DNA from: Candidatus Dormiibacterota bacterium
GTDB taxonomy: Bacteria > Chloroflexota > Dormibacteria > Aeolococcales > Aeolococcaceae
Direction: 5' to 3'
Length of the DNA stretch: 64,000 nucleotides
NCBI GenBank assembly: GCA_963709585.1
Contig: CAVPXI010000007.1
Span: 1 to 64,000 of the forward strand
The notes beneath the pieces were generated by a model. The model made no database searches and was not told where the DNA came from. It worked only from the letters and a program-made list of their open reading frames with translations. Shown here piece by piece: positions 54,898 to 64,000 of the stretch. Both the position numbers and the translations under genes were made by a program. The stretch's first letter is position 1, and every line of letters starts with the position of its first letter.

Positions 54898-55305
54898 ATG
54901 AGTCAGATCGACGCGCTCACCGGTTGGATCGCCGCCGGACTCTTCGGTGTGGCCGTCGCATCGTCGCTCGTGAACCGGTGGCGGCTCTCCGAAGGGCGCA
55001 GTTTCTCCATGGGCTGGTTCCGCGCCCACAACTGGCTCGGCGCGGTGGCGGCCGTCGCCGGCATCGCCCATTGCCTGTCCTCGGTGACCAGGTCGACGCT
55101 GCCCGCCGGTGAGGAGGTCGGCATCTGGGCCGGCGCCGCCGCGGTCGGCCTGCTCGTCCTGACCGCCTTCGCGGGCAGCGGCCTCTCCGGCGCGAAGCGC
55201 GACGCGCGCCGCCGGATCCGGCGCAACCACGTCGCTACCATGTTCGCGGTGCTGGCGGTGGGCGCCGTGCACACCGCGCTCAACGGACCGCTCGGCGCGA
55301 GATGA
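54898..55305 (+). CDS. 4-TM membrane protein, possible cytochrome b-like
   Basis: Four TM segments with paired histidines (AHNWLG..AH, NH..VH). Confidence 0.6.
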   Translation: MSQIDALTGWIAAGLFGVAVASSLVNRWRLSEGRSFSMGWFRAHNWLGAVAAVAGIAHCLSSVTRSTLPAGEEVGIWAGAAAVGLLVLTAFAGSGLSGAKRDARRRIRRNHVATMFAVLAVGAVHTALNGPLGAR

Positions 55306-55399
55306 CAGACGCCGGACGCGCGGGACTCTGGCAATATGAACCTCCGCATCCGCGGGCTTGTGACAGGAACTCGACGCGCGATCGTGGGAGGCATGCCTG

Positions 55400-57121
55400 A
55401 TGACCGAGACGACTGAGGCTGCGCCCCCTTCCGGGGCACCAGCCTCGCCCGTGCCGTCCGTTCCCGTGGCGAGCGACCTCGACCCGCGCCGCTGGCTCGC
55501 ACTCGGAAGCGTGATGACCGCGCTGTTCATGGTGTTGCTCGACGTCTCCATCGTGAACGTGGCGGTCCCGGCGATCCGCTCCAATCTTGGAGCGAACAAT
55601 GCCGACATCCAGTTCGTCATCGCCGGCTACGGGCTCGCCTATGCGGTGCTGCTGATCACGGGTGGCCGACTTGGTGACATCTTTGGCAGAAAGAAGTTGT
55701 TCATCATCGGGATGTCGGGGTTCGTGGCCGCCTCTGCACTGTGCGGTCTCGCCCAGAGCGCGATCATGCTCGACCTCTCACGGGTGCTCCAGGGAGCCAT
55801 GGCGGCGATGATGTATCCGCAGGTGCTCTCGGTGATTCAGGTGAGCTTTCCACCCCGTGAGCGTGCCCGGGTGTTCGGCTTCGTCGGCGCGGTGATCGGG
55901 ATCGCCACCATCACCGGACCGCTCGCCGGTGGACTGATCATCCGCAACGACATCACCGGCGGCTCGTGGCGGTGGATCTTCCTCGTGAACCTGCCGATCG
56001 GTATCGCCGCGCTCATCGCCGCGACCCGGCTGGTCAGCGAGTCGCGCGCGCCCAACGCCACGCGTCTCGACGTGGGCGGCGTGTTGCTGTCGACCGCCGG
56101 AATCCTGCTGCTCGTCTACCCGCTCGTCGAGGGGCAGGTGGCTGGATGGCCGCTATGGACGTTCATCTGCATGGCCATCAGCCCGGTGATGCTGGTGCTC
56201 TTCATCCTGTACGAGCGATCGCTGCCCTCGACGAGGTTCCCTCTCGTCCAGCTCTCACTGTTTCGCATCAGGTCGTTCAGCGTCGGAGTGGCGATCTCCG
56301 CCGTGTTCATCGCGGGTATTCCAGCGTTCTTCTTCACCTTCAGCCTGATGGTCCAGGTCGGGCTGGGATTCAGCGCGCTCAACGCCGGCTTGACGACGAT
56401 CCCCTGGAGCCTCGCCTCGGCGTTCGCCTCCGCAATGTCCACGCGGGTCGCGCCGCGTCTCGGCAAGTGGACGATCGCGATCGGTTCGGCGCTCCTGGTG
56501 ATCGGAATCCTCGGTGTCATCGTCACGCTCAACCTCCAGGGCACGAATGTCACCGGGTGGGACCTGATCCCCTCGTTCCTGGTCAGCGGGCTTGGCCTGG
56601 GCACGGTGATCGCCCCCTTGCTCAACATCATCCTGGCCGGCGTCCCGGCCAGGGATGCCGGGTCGGCCTCGGGTGTGCTCACGACCTTCCAGCAGCTCGG
56701 CGGCGCCATCGGCGTCGCGGTCGTGGGCGTGGTGTTCTTCGGCCTGCTCTCGAGCCGCGCGACGGATGCCGTCGCCACGGTCACCCCGCAACTCCACTCG
56801 CAGCTCGCGGCCGCGCAACTGCCGGCGCCTGTGGCGGACGCCGCCATCTCGAAGTTCACGACCTGCTTCGAGGAGCAGGCCTCCTCGAGTGATCCGTCGG
56901 CGCCGGTCCCCGGCTGTGCAAGCGCGCCCACCACCAAGGCTGTGAGCACCGCATTCGCGACCGCCGCGCAGCGTGCCCTCGGACTCGACTTCGTCACAAC
57001 GGTCGAGCGCATCCTCTACTTCAACGTCGGCTTCTGGGCACTCACCGGCTTGCTCTCGATGCTGCTGCCACGAACGCGTCCGCAGCCGGCCGCCGGAGCC
57101 GCAGCCGCTCACGCCGCCTGA
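55400..57121 (+). CDS. MFS efflux transporter, DHA2 family
   Basis: LDVSIVNVAVP, GGRLGDIFGRK, WRWIFLVNLPIG. Confidence 0.93.
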   Translation: MTETTEAAPPSGAPASPVPSVPVASDLDPRRWLALGSVMTALFMVLLDVSIVNVAVPAIRSNLGANNADIQFVIAGYGLAYAVLLITGGRLGDIFGRKKLFIIGMSGFVAASALCGLAQSAIMLDLSRVLQGAMAAMMYPQVLSVIQVSFPPRERARVFGFVGAVIGIATITGPLAGGLIIRNDITGGSWRWIFLVNLPIGIAALIAATRLVSESRAPNATRLDVGGVLLSTAGILLLVYPLVEGQVAGWPLWTFICMAISPVMLVLFILYERSLPSTRFPLVQLSLFRIRSFSVGVAISAVFIAGIPAFFFTFSLMVQVGLGFSALNAGLTTIPWSLASAFASAMSTRVAPRLGKWTIAIGSALLVIGILGVIVTLNLQGTNVTGWDLIPSFLVSGLGLGTVIAPLLNIILAGVPARDAGSASGVLTTFQQLGGAIGVAVVGVVFFGLLSSRATDAVATVTPQLHSQLAAAQLPAPVADAAISKFTTCFEEQASSSDPSAPVPGCASAPTTKAVSTAFATAAQRALGLDFVTTVERILYFNVGFWALTGLLSMLLPRTRPQPAAGAAAAHAA

Positions 57122-57161
57122 CCTGGCGACCGGCTCCCGAGTAACTCGAGACGTGCCGGTG

Positions 57162-57749
57162 ATGCCGGACCTCGTCGCCGCCGACGGCGACCTGGTGATA
57201 CGCCCGCTGCAGGATCGCGGCGGCGACTACGAACAACTCGCGGCGTGGAGGAACAGCGCGTACGTCAAAGAGTGGTGGGACCCCGACGATCCGCCGGTGA
57301 CGCCGGCGCTGGTCGCGGCCGAGCTCGGCCCCGGCCGCGCAGACGACCTGACAACCTCGTGCATCATCGAGCTCGCCGGGGAGCCGGTCGGCTTCATCCA
57401 GTTCTACCCGTGGGACGCCGAGCTCGCATATCTCGCGGAGGTCGGGTTGAGCATGCCGGAGGGGTCGTGGGGGCTGGACATCTTCATCGGCGAGAGCGCG
57501 CTCGCCGGCAAGGGGATCGGGTCACGGACCGTGAGGCTCCTCTCCGACCACCTGTTCGCCGATCGGGGGGCGACCGCGGTGGCGCTCATCACCGAAGCCG
57601 GCAACGCCCGCGCCCAGGCTGCGTACGTCCGCGGGGGAATGCGCGTGTCCGGGGCGCCGTTTCGTGACACCGACACACGTGCTGGTCAGCGGGTCGAGTC
57701 GATCCTCATGATCCGCGACCGGCCCGGCGGAACAGCTGGCGGGCGATGA
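57162..57749 (+). CDS. GNAT acetyltransferase, AAC(6')-like
   Basis: VKEWW, GFIQFY, GLDIFIGE...GKGIG, NARA..AY; start estimated. Confidence 0.82.
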   Translation: MPDLVAADGDLVIRPLQDRGGDYEQLAAWRNSAYVKEWWDPDDPPVTPALVAAELGPGRADDLTTSCIIELAGEPVGFIQFYPWDAELAYLAEVGLSMPEGSWGLDIFIGESALAGKGIGSRTVRLLSDHLFADRGATAVALITEAGNARAQAAYVRGGMRVSGAPFRDTDTRAGQRVESILMIRDRPGGTAGGR

Positions 57750-58851
57750 TCTCGCGCTGCACCTCCGAAGCGCCCTCGTAGATCCGGGTGCCGCGGACGT
57801 CGCGGTAGAGGTGTTCGAGGAGGTGTCCGCGCTCGAGTGCCCTGGCGCCGTGCACCTGGATGGCCACGTCGACAGCGAGCATCGCGGTCTCGGTGGCGAA
57901 GAGCTTCGCCATCGCCGCGGCCTCGGTGTTGGGGCTGATGCCGGCGTCGTGCGCGGCGGCGGCCGAATGGACGAGCAGCCGCGACGCCTGGACCCGGGTC
58001 GCGACATCGGCGAGCTGATGGCTGACTCCCTGAAGGGCGGACAGCGGCTTACCGAACGCCTGGCGCCCGGCAGCATGCGTGACCGCGGCGTCGAGCGCCG
58101 CCTGGGCCATGCCGACGGCGCAGGCACCGACGCTCGGGCGGAACAGGTCGAGGGTGCGCATCGCGACCCCGAAGCCGTGATCGACCTCCCCGAGGACGTG
58201 CCCTGCAGGCACCGGGACGCCGTCGAATCGAAGCCGGCCGATGGGATGGTCGGCGACAAACGGGATCGACTCCCCGGACAAGCCTGGGCTCTCCCGAGGG
58301 ACCGCGAACGCAGTGATGCCCCTGGCGCCCGCGCCCGCCGTGGTGCGCGCGAACACGGTGTAGATATCGGCGTCGGGGGCGTTGGAGATGAAGACCTTGT
58401 CTCCGCTCAGCCGGAATCCAGCGCCGTCGGGTTCGGCGGCGAGCGCGATCGCGGCAACGTCGGATCCGGCGTCGGGCTCGGTCAGCGCGAACGCGGCGAC
58501 GGCCTCGCCGCTGGAGACCCTGGGGATCCAGCGGTCGACGACCTCGGCGCGGCCCGCTGCCAGGATGGGATGGGCGCCCAGTCCCTGGAGCGCGAAGGCG
58601 GTCTCGGACTCGGTTGAGTAGCGCGCCAGGCCCTCGCGGACGAGGCACAGGGTGAGCGCCGGGACCTCACGACCTGGGCGGAGCACCTCGGGCACGAGCC
58701 CGTGCGTGGAGAGCGCGGCAATCAGCTCACGATTGACCCTTCCCGGTTCGCCACTCTGCGCGATCGGCGCCAGGATGTCTCGCGCTAGTGTCTCGGTCCG
58801 CGCCAGGAGGTCGCGATGAGCCTCGCTCAGATGCGCATAGGTGGCGCTCAG
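57706..58851 (-). CDS. acyl-CoA dehydrogenase (probable CTG start)
   Basis: AFALTEPDAGSD, GDKVFISN, MAKLFATE, IQVHG, IYEGASEVQR; CTG overlaps the upstream TGA and gives 381 aa. Confidence 0.9.
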   Translation of the reverse strand: MSATYAHLSEAHRDLLARTETLARDILAPIAQSGEPGRVNRELIAALSTHGLVPEVLRPGREVPALTLCLVREGLARYSTESETAFALQGLGAHPILAAGRAEVVDRWIPRVSSGEAVAAFALTEPDAGSDVAAIALAAEPDGAGFRLSGDKVFISNAPDADIYTVFARTTAGAGARGITAFAVPRESPGLSGESIPFVADHPIGRLRFDGVPVPAGHVLGEVDHGFGVAMRTLDLFRPSVGACAVGMAQAALDAAVTHAAGRQAFGKPLSALQGVSHQLADVATRVQASRLLVHSAAAAHDAGISPNTEAAAMAKLFATETAMLAVDVAIQVHGARALERGHLLEHLYRDVRGTRIYEGASEVQREIIARQLFRRAGRGS

Positions 58852-59255
58852 GGGATGACCGCCACACCGACTAGCTCGACCAGGGCACTCGGGTCGAACA
58901 GCCCGGTCACCCCGAGCACCGCCATCGCCGGATACCGGCGGCCGAAATGGGTCCGCCAGACGCTGCCCAGCTCGCGCAGTGACGCTCGGTACGCGGGGAG
59001 ATCGGTCACGTAGACCTGGATCGAGACCATGTCGTCCGGCTGCCCCCCGGCGGCATGGAGCGCAGCGACGAGGTTTCGCGCGGCGAGGTCGAACTGCTCG
59101 ACCATTGTCGCCCCGAAGATCGTCCCGTCCTGGGCCTGTGCGGTCTGCCCGCCCAGGTGGACGGTTCGTCCCGATGAGGCGATGACCGCGTGGGCATATC
59201 CCACCGGAACCGCCAGCTCTCGCGACGTGACGATCTCGTGCTCGTCGTGGGTCAT
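58848..59255 (-). CDS. RidA/YjgF family protein
   Basis: PVGYAHAV, LGGQ, W..HFG..YPAM..LGV..L....LVEL; ATGA overlap. Confidence 0.88.
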   Translation of the reverse strand: MTHDEHEIVTSRELAVPVGYAHAVIASSGRTVHLGGQTAQAQDGTIFGATMVEQFDLAARNLVAALHAAGGQPDDMVSIQVYVTDLPAYRASLRELGSVWRTHFGRRYPAMAVLGVTGLFDPSALVELVGVAVIP

Positions 59256-60079
59256 CTCCCCTCCCACACCGGCGGGCGCCCTTCGGTCCAGGCGCGATGG
59301 TACTCGGCATGATCGTGACTGCCCATGAGCAGCGCCTGGGTCATCGCGTCGAGCTCGAGGGAGCCGCCGAGACCCATGTCGAGCTCGCGGGTGAGCAACA
59401 CCTTGGTTGTTGAGTAGGCAAGGGCCGGGCCTTCGGCCAGCCGGCGCGCCACGGTCTGCGCCGCCTCTGCGAGTGCCTCGTCTTCGACAACCGCCGTGGC
59501 GAGACCGATCTCGAGCGCGCGCTCTGCGTCGACAGTGTCTCCGAGCAACAGCAGCTCGGTGGCGCGCCCGAACCCGATCACGCGGGGCAGCAGGTACGCC
59601 GAACCCATGTCGGCGCCGGCCAGGCCAACCCTGGTGAAGAGAAACGCGAACCGGGCTGATCGCGCCAGCAGACGAAGATCCGCGGCGAGCGCGATCACCG
59701 CTCCGGCGCCGGCGGCGACGCCGTTGACCGCGGCGATCACCGGGAGCGGACACTCGCGGAGCGCGCGGACGACGGATCCGGTCATCCGGGTGAACTCGAG
59801 GCGATCCCCCGCCTGCATCGACTGCAGCGCGCCGATGATCTCGACGACGTCGCCCCCCGAGCAGAATCCGCGCCCGCTGCCGGTGATCACCAGCACACGC
59901 GCGTCGCTGCGATGGGGCAGCTCGGCAAGCAGGTCGCGGAGATCGGCGTAGGCATCGAATGTCAGCGCCCCGAGCTTCTCCGGACGCGTCAGCGTGATCG
60001 TCGCCACGCCCCCGGAGACGTCGAGGTCGAAGTTCTGCCAGCGTTCCGTGAACCCGGCGGAAGCCCGGAATCGGGTCAA
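59252..60079 (-). CDS. enoyl-CoA hydratase family
   Basis: GRGFCSGGDV, PVIAAVNGVAAGAG, FTRVGLAGADMG. Confidence 0.92.
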   Translation of the reverse strand: MTRFRASAGFTERWQNFDLDVSGGVATITLTRPEKLGALTFDAYADLRDLLAELPHRSDARVLVITGSGRGFCSGGDVVEIIGALQSMQAGDRLEFTRMTGSVVRALRECPLPVIAAVNGVAAGAGAVIALAADLRLLARSARFAFLFTRVGLAGADMGSAYLLPRVIGFGRATELLLLGDTVDAERALEIGLATAVVEDEALAEAAQTVARRLAEGPALAYSTTKVLLTRELDMGLGGSLELDAMTQALLMGSHDHAEYHRAWTEGRPPVWEGR

Positions 60080-61659
60080 CCCTGCCTACCTCCTGTACCG
60101 CCTGCCGGCGTGAGCCGGCGCAGCGCGCTTCGATCGATCTTGCCCGATCCGGTCCGCGGCAGTGCGTCGAGGAGACGGACCTCGCGCGGGACCTTGTGCG
60201 GTGCGAGCCGCTGTCGGACGAAATCCTGCAATTCTTCGGCGGTCGCCCCCGCGCCCGGCTTGAGCACAACCCACGCGCAGCCGCGCGTCAGGCCGTTGCG
60301 TTCGGCCGCGACCACCGCGCACTCGACGACGTCAGGGTGGGTGGCGAGGCACCGCTCGATCTCGGCCGGCGCCACCCAGATGCCACCCACCTTGAGCAGA
60401 TCGTCGGCCCGTCCTCGGTAGAGGAAGTACCCGCTGGGATCACGCTCCACAAGATCCTCGCTCATGACCAGGGAGCCTGCGAAGGTGCGCGCCGATGCCG
60501 TCTCGTCCTCCCAGTACATCAGCGACGCGCTCTCGCCGCGAACCCAGAGCCGCCCGATGTGCCCGTCCGGCAGCGGTTGGCCGTGGTCATCGACCACCTC
60601 AGCGGCATAGCCGGGAACCACTTCGCCGATCGACCCGGGGCGGACGCGCCCGGGTCGGTTCGAGATGTAGATGTGATAGGCCTCGGACGACCCGATCCCG
60701 TCGAGGACCTCGACGCCGAAGGCGTCGTCCCAGCGATGGTGCAGCGGTTCGGGGAGAGCCTCGCCCGCGGACGTGCACAGGCGAAGGCAGCTCAGGTCCT
60801 GGCCGGCCGCGCTCGGATGGTCGAGCATCGCCTGCATCATGGTGGGGACGTTGACGAGGATGGTCGGCCGGTGGCGCGCGATCAATTCGAAGATCAGCGC
60901 CGGGGTCGTCCGATCCGCGAAGATCACCCCAGTGGCGCCGACGCCGAACGGAAAGAGCGCCGCCAGGTCGCGCGCATAGCCGAAGAACAGCTTCGGGACC
61001 GGCAGGACGACGTCATCCGCACGGATGTCAAGAACGCCCCGGGCGTAGCCCTCATAGCTGGCGATCGGGCTCCGCGCCGTGTGCACGCACGCTTTCGGCC
61101 TGCCCGTGCTGCCGGTGGTGAACTTCCAGATCGCGATGTCGTCCCGCCCCGTCGGCTCCGCGTCAAGATGCGCCGGCTGGCGCGCGACCAGCGACTCGAA
61201 CGACACCTCACCATCGCGCAGCGCGGTATCCCGGGCGCCGACCACCAGCAGCGTCGGCCGCGCGCGGGTGGCGGTCGATGCTTCGCGGATCCGTTCGAGC
61301 GTGGCGCCGTCGACGACCACGACCGTGGCGTCCGTGTAGTCCAGGTAGTACGCGTAGTCCTTCGGCAGGAGGAACGTGTACACCTCCGCGGTGACGGCCC
61401 CGATCTTCTGGACCGCGTACCAGGTCGCCACGAACGCCGGTGAGTCTGCGAGCGCGAGGAGCACGCGCTGATGGGGTCGGACGCCGAGCTCGAGGAGCGC
61501 GTTGCCCACCCGGTTGGTGAGCTCCGCGAGCTCGGCGTACGTGGTCCTGCCCGCGGGTCCGACCAGCGCGGTGCGGCCGCCCCGCCCCTCATCGGCGTTG
61601 CGGTCCAGGAAGAGGGTCGCCAGGTTCAGACCGGGCTCGGTCACGCCCGCGGCGCTCAC
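60076..61659 (-). CDS. benzoate/2-aminobenzoate-CoA ligase family
   Basis: FTTGSTGRPK, KLFFGY, SAGEAL, DGIGSSE, GRADDLLKVGG, PRTGSGK. Confidence 0.9.
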   Translation of the reverse strand: MSAAGVTEPGLNLATLFLDRNADEGRGGRTALVGPAGRTTYAELAELTNRVGNALLELGVRPHQRVLLALADSPAFVATWYAVQKIGAVTAEVYTFLLPKDYAYYLDYTDATVVVVDGATLERIREASTATRARPTLLVVGARDTALRDGEVSFESLVARQPAHLDAEPTGRDDIAIWKFTTGSTGRPKACVHTARSPIASYEGYARGVLDIRADDVVLPVPKLFFGYARDLAALFPFGVGATGVIFADRTTPALIFELIARHRPTILVNVPTMMQAMLDHPSAAGQDLSCLRLCTSAGEALPEPLHHRWDDAFGVEVLDGIGSSEAYHIYISNRPGRVRPGSIGEVVPGYAAEVVDDHGQPLPDGHIGRLWVRGESASLMYWEDETASARTFAGSLVMSEDLVERDPSGYFLYRGRADDLLKVGGIWVAPAEIERCLATHPDVVECAVVAAERNGLTRGCAWVVLKPGAGATAEELQDFVRQRLAPHKVPREVRLLDALPRTGSGKIDRSALRRLTPAGGTGGRQG

Positions 61660-62417
61660 GGCCCGGGCTTGGTCTCGACCTGTTCACGGATCAGGTCGAC
61701 CAGGAGACGCGTCAGCGTCGCCAGGGTCGCGTCACCCTCGGGAGCGGTCGCCTCGGCCGGGGCGCCGCAGTACGCCCGGTCCATGCCCATGGCGAGGAAG
61801 TCGGTGTGCCCTGCCGCCATCGCGGCGGGCATGTTCAGCTCGAATGCTGGCAGGCGGCGCATGATCTCGGCCTCGACCAGCTCGGGACGGGTCGCCAGCA
61901 CCAGAGAGGTCTCGTAGCGCCCGGCATGGGCCGCCCCGCTCTGGAACTCCGGGGTCAGGTGCTCCGCGACGGCGCGCCGGGTGAGATCGAGGAATCCCAC
62001 CCTGGCCTCCTCGGCTGCCCGCCGCAGGGTGGCGACGTGGGCGGGCTCGAAGTGGCTGTTGACGATCACGAGGTGAGCGAAGCCCTGGGCGCGCAACGAC
62101 GCGCAGACCTCGACAACCATCGCATTGAGGGTCCCTTCGCTGATCGTGACCGCGCCGGTGAACGCCGCCGCGTAGCGGGTCACACCGAAGGCGATCTCGG
62201 GGAGCACGAGCGCGCGCACCGCGCTGTCGCCGGAGAGCGCCACGGCCGCGCGCTCGCAGATTGCCGTCGAGATGATCGAATCGGTACCCAGTGGCGCGTG
62301 CGGGCCGTGCGGCTCCACCGCGCCGACGGGCAGGAGCAGCACGGGCGCCGGGCCGGCGTCGAGCAGGGCTCGCGCGCGCGGCGATGTCAGGTCGGCGAAA
62401 CGAATCGATGCAGGCAT
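61656..62417 (-). CDS. creatininase-family amidohydrolase
   Basis: [29 protein letters not shown]. Confidence 0.9.
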   Translation of the reverse strand: MPASIRFADLTSPRARALLDAGPAPVLLLPVGAVEPHGPHAPLGTDSIISTAICERAAVALSGDSAVRALVLPEIAFGVTRYAAAFTGAVTISEGTLNAMVVEVCASLRAQGFAHLVIVNSHFEPAHVATLRRAAEEARVGFLDLTRRAVAEHLTPEFQSGAAHAGRYETSLVLATRPELVEAEIMRRLPAFELNMPAAMAAGHTDFLAMGMDRAYCGAPAEATAPEGDATLATLTRLLVDLIREQVETKPGP

Positions 62418-62472
62418 GCTGAGGACGCCACATTCACGAGGTTGCACACTTTACAGTTGCGCCCAGACTCAC

Positions 62473-64000
62473 ATGCGAATTGCGGTTGTCGGGGGCGGGC
62501 CGGGCGGACTTTACTTCGCGGCGCTCGCCAAGCAGCTCGATCCGAGCCACGAGATCACCGTATGGGAGCGCAACGCCGACGACGACACCTTCGGGTTCGG
62601 GGTGGTGTTCTCGGACGAGACGCTCGGCGGCATCGAGCACGCCGACCCGACGATCCACGCCGCGATGTCGCGCGAGTTCGCGCGCTGGGACGACATCGAC
62701 ATCCATTACCGAGGCGAGGTGATCACATCCGGGGGACACGGTTTTGCGGCGATGAGCCGCAAGCGGTTGCTCCACATCATGCACGCCCGGTGTCTCGAGC
62801 TTGGGGTGATGCTGTTGTTCAACAGCGAGGCTCCGCACGCGGACGAGCTCGCCGTGACCCATGACCTCGTGGTCGGCGCCGACGGCGTGAACTCGGCGAC
62901 GCGGGCTCGATATGCGGAGACGTTTCGCCCGACGCTCGACGTCCGTCAATGCAAGTTCATGTGGCTCGGAACCGACCTCGTCTTCGACGCCTTCAAGTTC
63001 TACATCGTCGAGACGCCGCACGGCATCATGCAGATTCACGGGTATCCGTACGACGCCACCGGCAGCACCTTCATCGTCGAGATGAACGATGCAGTCTGGC
63101 ACCGCGCAGGCTTCGACGCGCTGGCCGGCCGTGGCTTCGCTCCGGGCGAGAGTGATGTCGCGAGTATCGTCGAGATCCGCCGGCTCTTCGCGCAGATCCT
63201 TGACGGTCACGCGGTCAACGCGAACAACTCGAAGTGGATCAGCTTCACGACGGTGCGCAACGAGCGCTGGCATCACGGTAATGTCGTGCTCCTCGGCGAC
63301 GCCGCCCACACGGCGCATTTCTCGATCGGGTCGGGCACGAAGCTGGCCATGGAGGACGCGCTCGCGCTGGCCGCATGCCTGCACGAGAATGAGAGCGTCG
63401 CGCTCGCGCTCGAGGCGTATGAGGCAGAGCGCAAGCCGGTGGTGGTGTCGACGCAGCGGGCCGCGCAGGCGAGCCTCGAATGGTTCGAGAACCTCGGACA
63501 GTACACCCGTCAGGAACCGCTGCAGTTCGCGTTCAACATCCTCACCCGGAGCCGCCGGGTCACCTACGAGAACCTGCGCCTGCGAGACCCCGAATTCGTG
63601 CGCGACGTCGACGCCTGGTTTGCGAGCCAGGTCGACGCACACGACCGGCGCGCTGAGGCCGATACCCCGCCGATGTTCCAGCCGTTCCGGCTCCGTGACC
63701 TCGAGTTGAAGAATCGCGTCATCGTCTCGGCGATGGACATGTACTCGGCGAGCGATGGCATGCCCGACGATTTTCACCTCGTGCACATCGGCAGCAAGGC
63801 ACTCGGAGGTGCGGCGCTGGTGATGACCGAGATGGTCTGCGTCTCGGCGACCGGCCGGATCACGCCGGGCTGCACCGGCATGTACGCGCCGGAGCACGAG
63901 TCCGGGTGGCGCCGAATCGTGGATTTCGTGCACGACCAGACCACCGCGCGCATCGGTCTGCAGCTCGGACACTCCGGGCGAAAAGGATCGACCCGGCTCA
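62473..64000 (+). CDS. abmA: anthraniloyl-CoA monooxygenase / salicylyl-CoA 5-hydroxylase-reductase (3' truncated)
   Basis: Own translation: [55 protein letters not shown], then OYE domain [14 protein letters not shown]...[11 protein letters not shown]; absent from the track because no stop is in the window. Confidence 0.9.
   Translation, partial: MRIAVVGGGPGGLYFAALAKQLDPSHEITVWERNADDDTFGFGVVFSDETLGGIEHADPTIHAAMSREFARWDDIDIHYRGEVITSGGHGFAAMSRKRLLHIMHARCLELGVMLLFNSEAPHADELAVTHDLVVGADGVNSATRARYAETFRPTLDVRQCKFMWLGTDLVFDAFKFYIVETPHGIMQIHGYPYDATGSTFIVEMNDAVWHRAGFDALAGRGFAPGESDVASIVEIRRLFAQILDGHAVNANNSKWISFTTVRNERWHHGNVVLLGDAAHTAHFSIGSGTKLAMEDALALAACLHENESVALALEAYEAERKPVVVSTQRAAQASLEWFENLGQYTRQEPLQFAFNILTRSRRVTYENLRLRDPEFVRDVDAWFASQVDAHDRRAEADTPPMFQPFRLRDLELKNRVIVSAMDMYSASDGMPDDFHLVHIGSKALGGAALVMTEMVCVSATGRITPGCTGMYAPEHESGWRRIVDFVHDQTTARIGLQLGHSGRKGSTRL

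Noticed and set aside
57162-57749. Aminoglycoside resistance gene
   Set aside because: Only family-level AAC(6')-like similarity and no mobile context; the substrate cannot be inferred.
62434-63972. 512-aa minus-strand ORF
   Set aside because: Shadow of the AbmA-like gene on the plus strand.

Overview
High-GC bacterial chromosome segment, probably from a monoderm soil lineage of the Actinobacteria/Chloroflexi/Dormibacterota type (an impression, not a search result). The core (about 4.7-49 kb) is a cell-surface and polysaccharide locus. It holds a Wzy-dependent polysaccharide pathway (priming glycosyltransferase, two GT4, MurJ-like flippase, Wzy, Wzz-like protein, LCP ligase), four PAPS sulfotransferase domains and CysQ. 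It also holds five secreted phosphoesterase paralogues, four of them multidomain. Two lipoprotein genes are each preceded by a c-di-GMP-I (GEMM-I) type riboswitch carrying C at the specificity position equivalent to Vc2 G20. A ~1 kb near-perfect inverted duplication flanks one riboswitch-phosphoesterase unit, and 11-bp-periodic TC(A/T)CAG boxes precede four envelope genes. The right side holds an acetate transporter with an internally deleted acs, HtrA, a GAF-GGDEF-EAL protein, an aldo-keto reductase, an MFS pump and an anthranilate/salicylate CoA-pathway cluster running off the end. Five single-base frameshifts and one in-frame TAG suggest uncorrected sequencing errors, so single-base claims need read support. 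No tRNA, rRNA, CRISPR array or transposase was recognised. All calls are by eye from motifs; no database searches were run.
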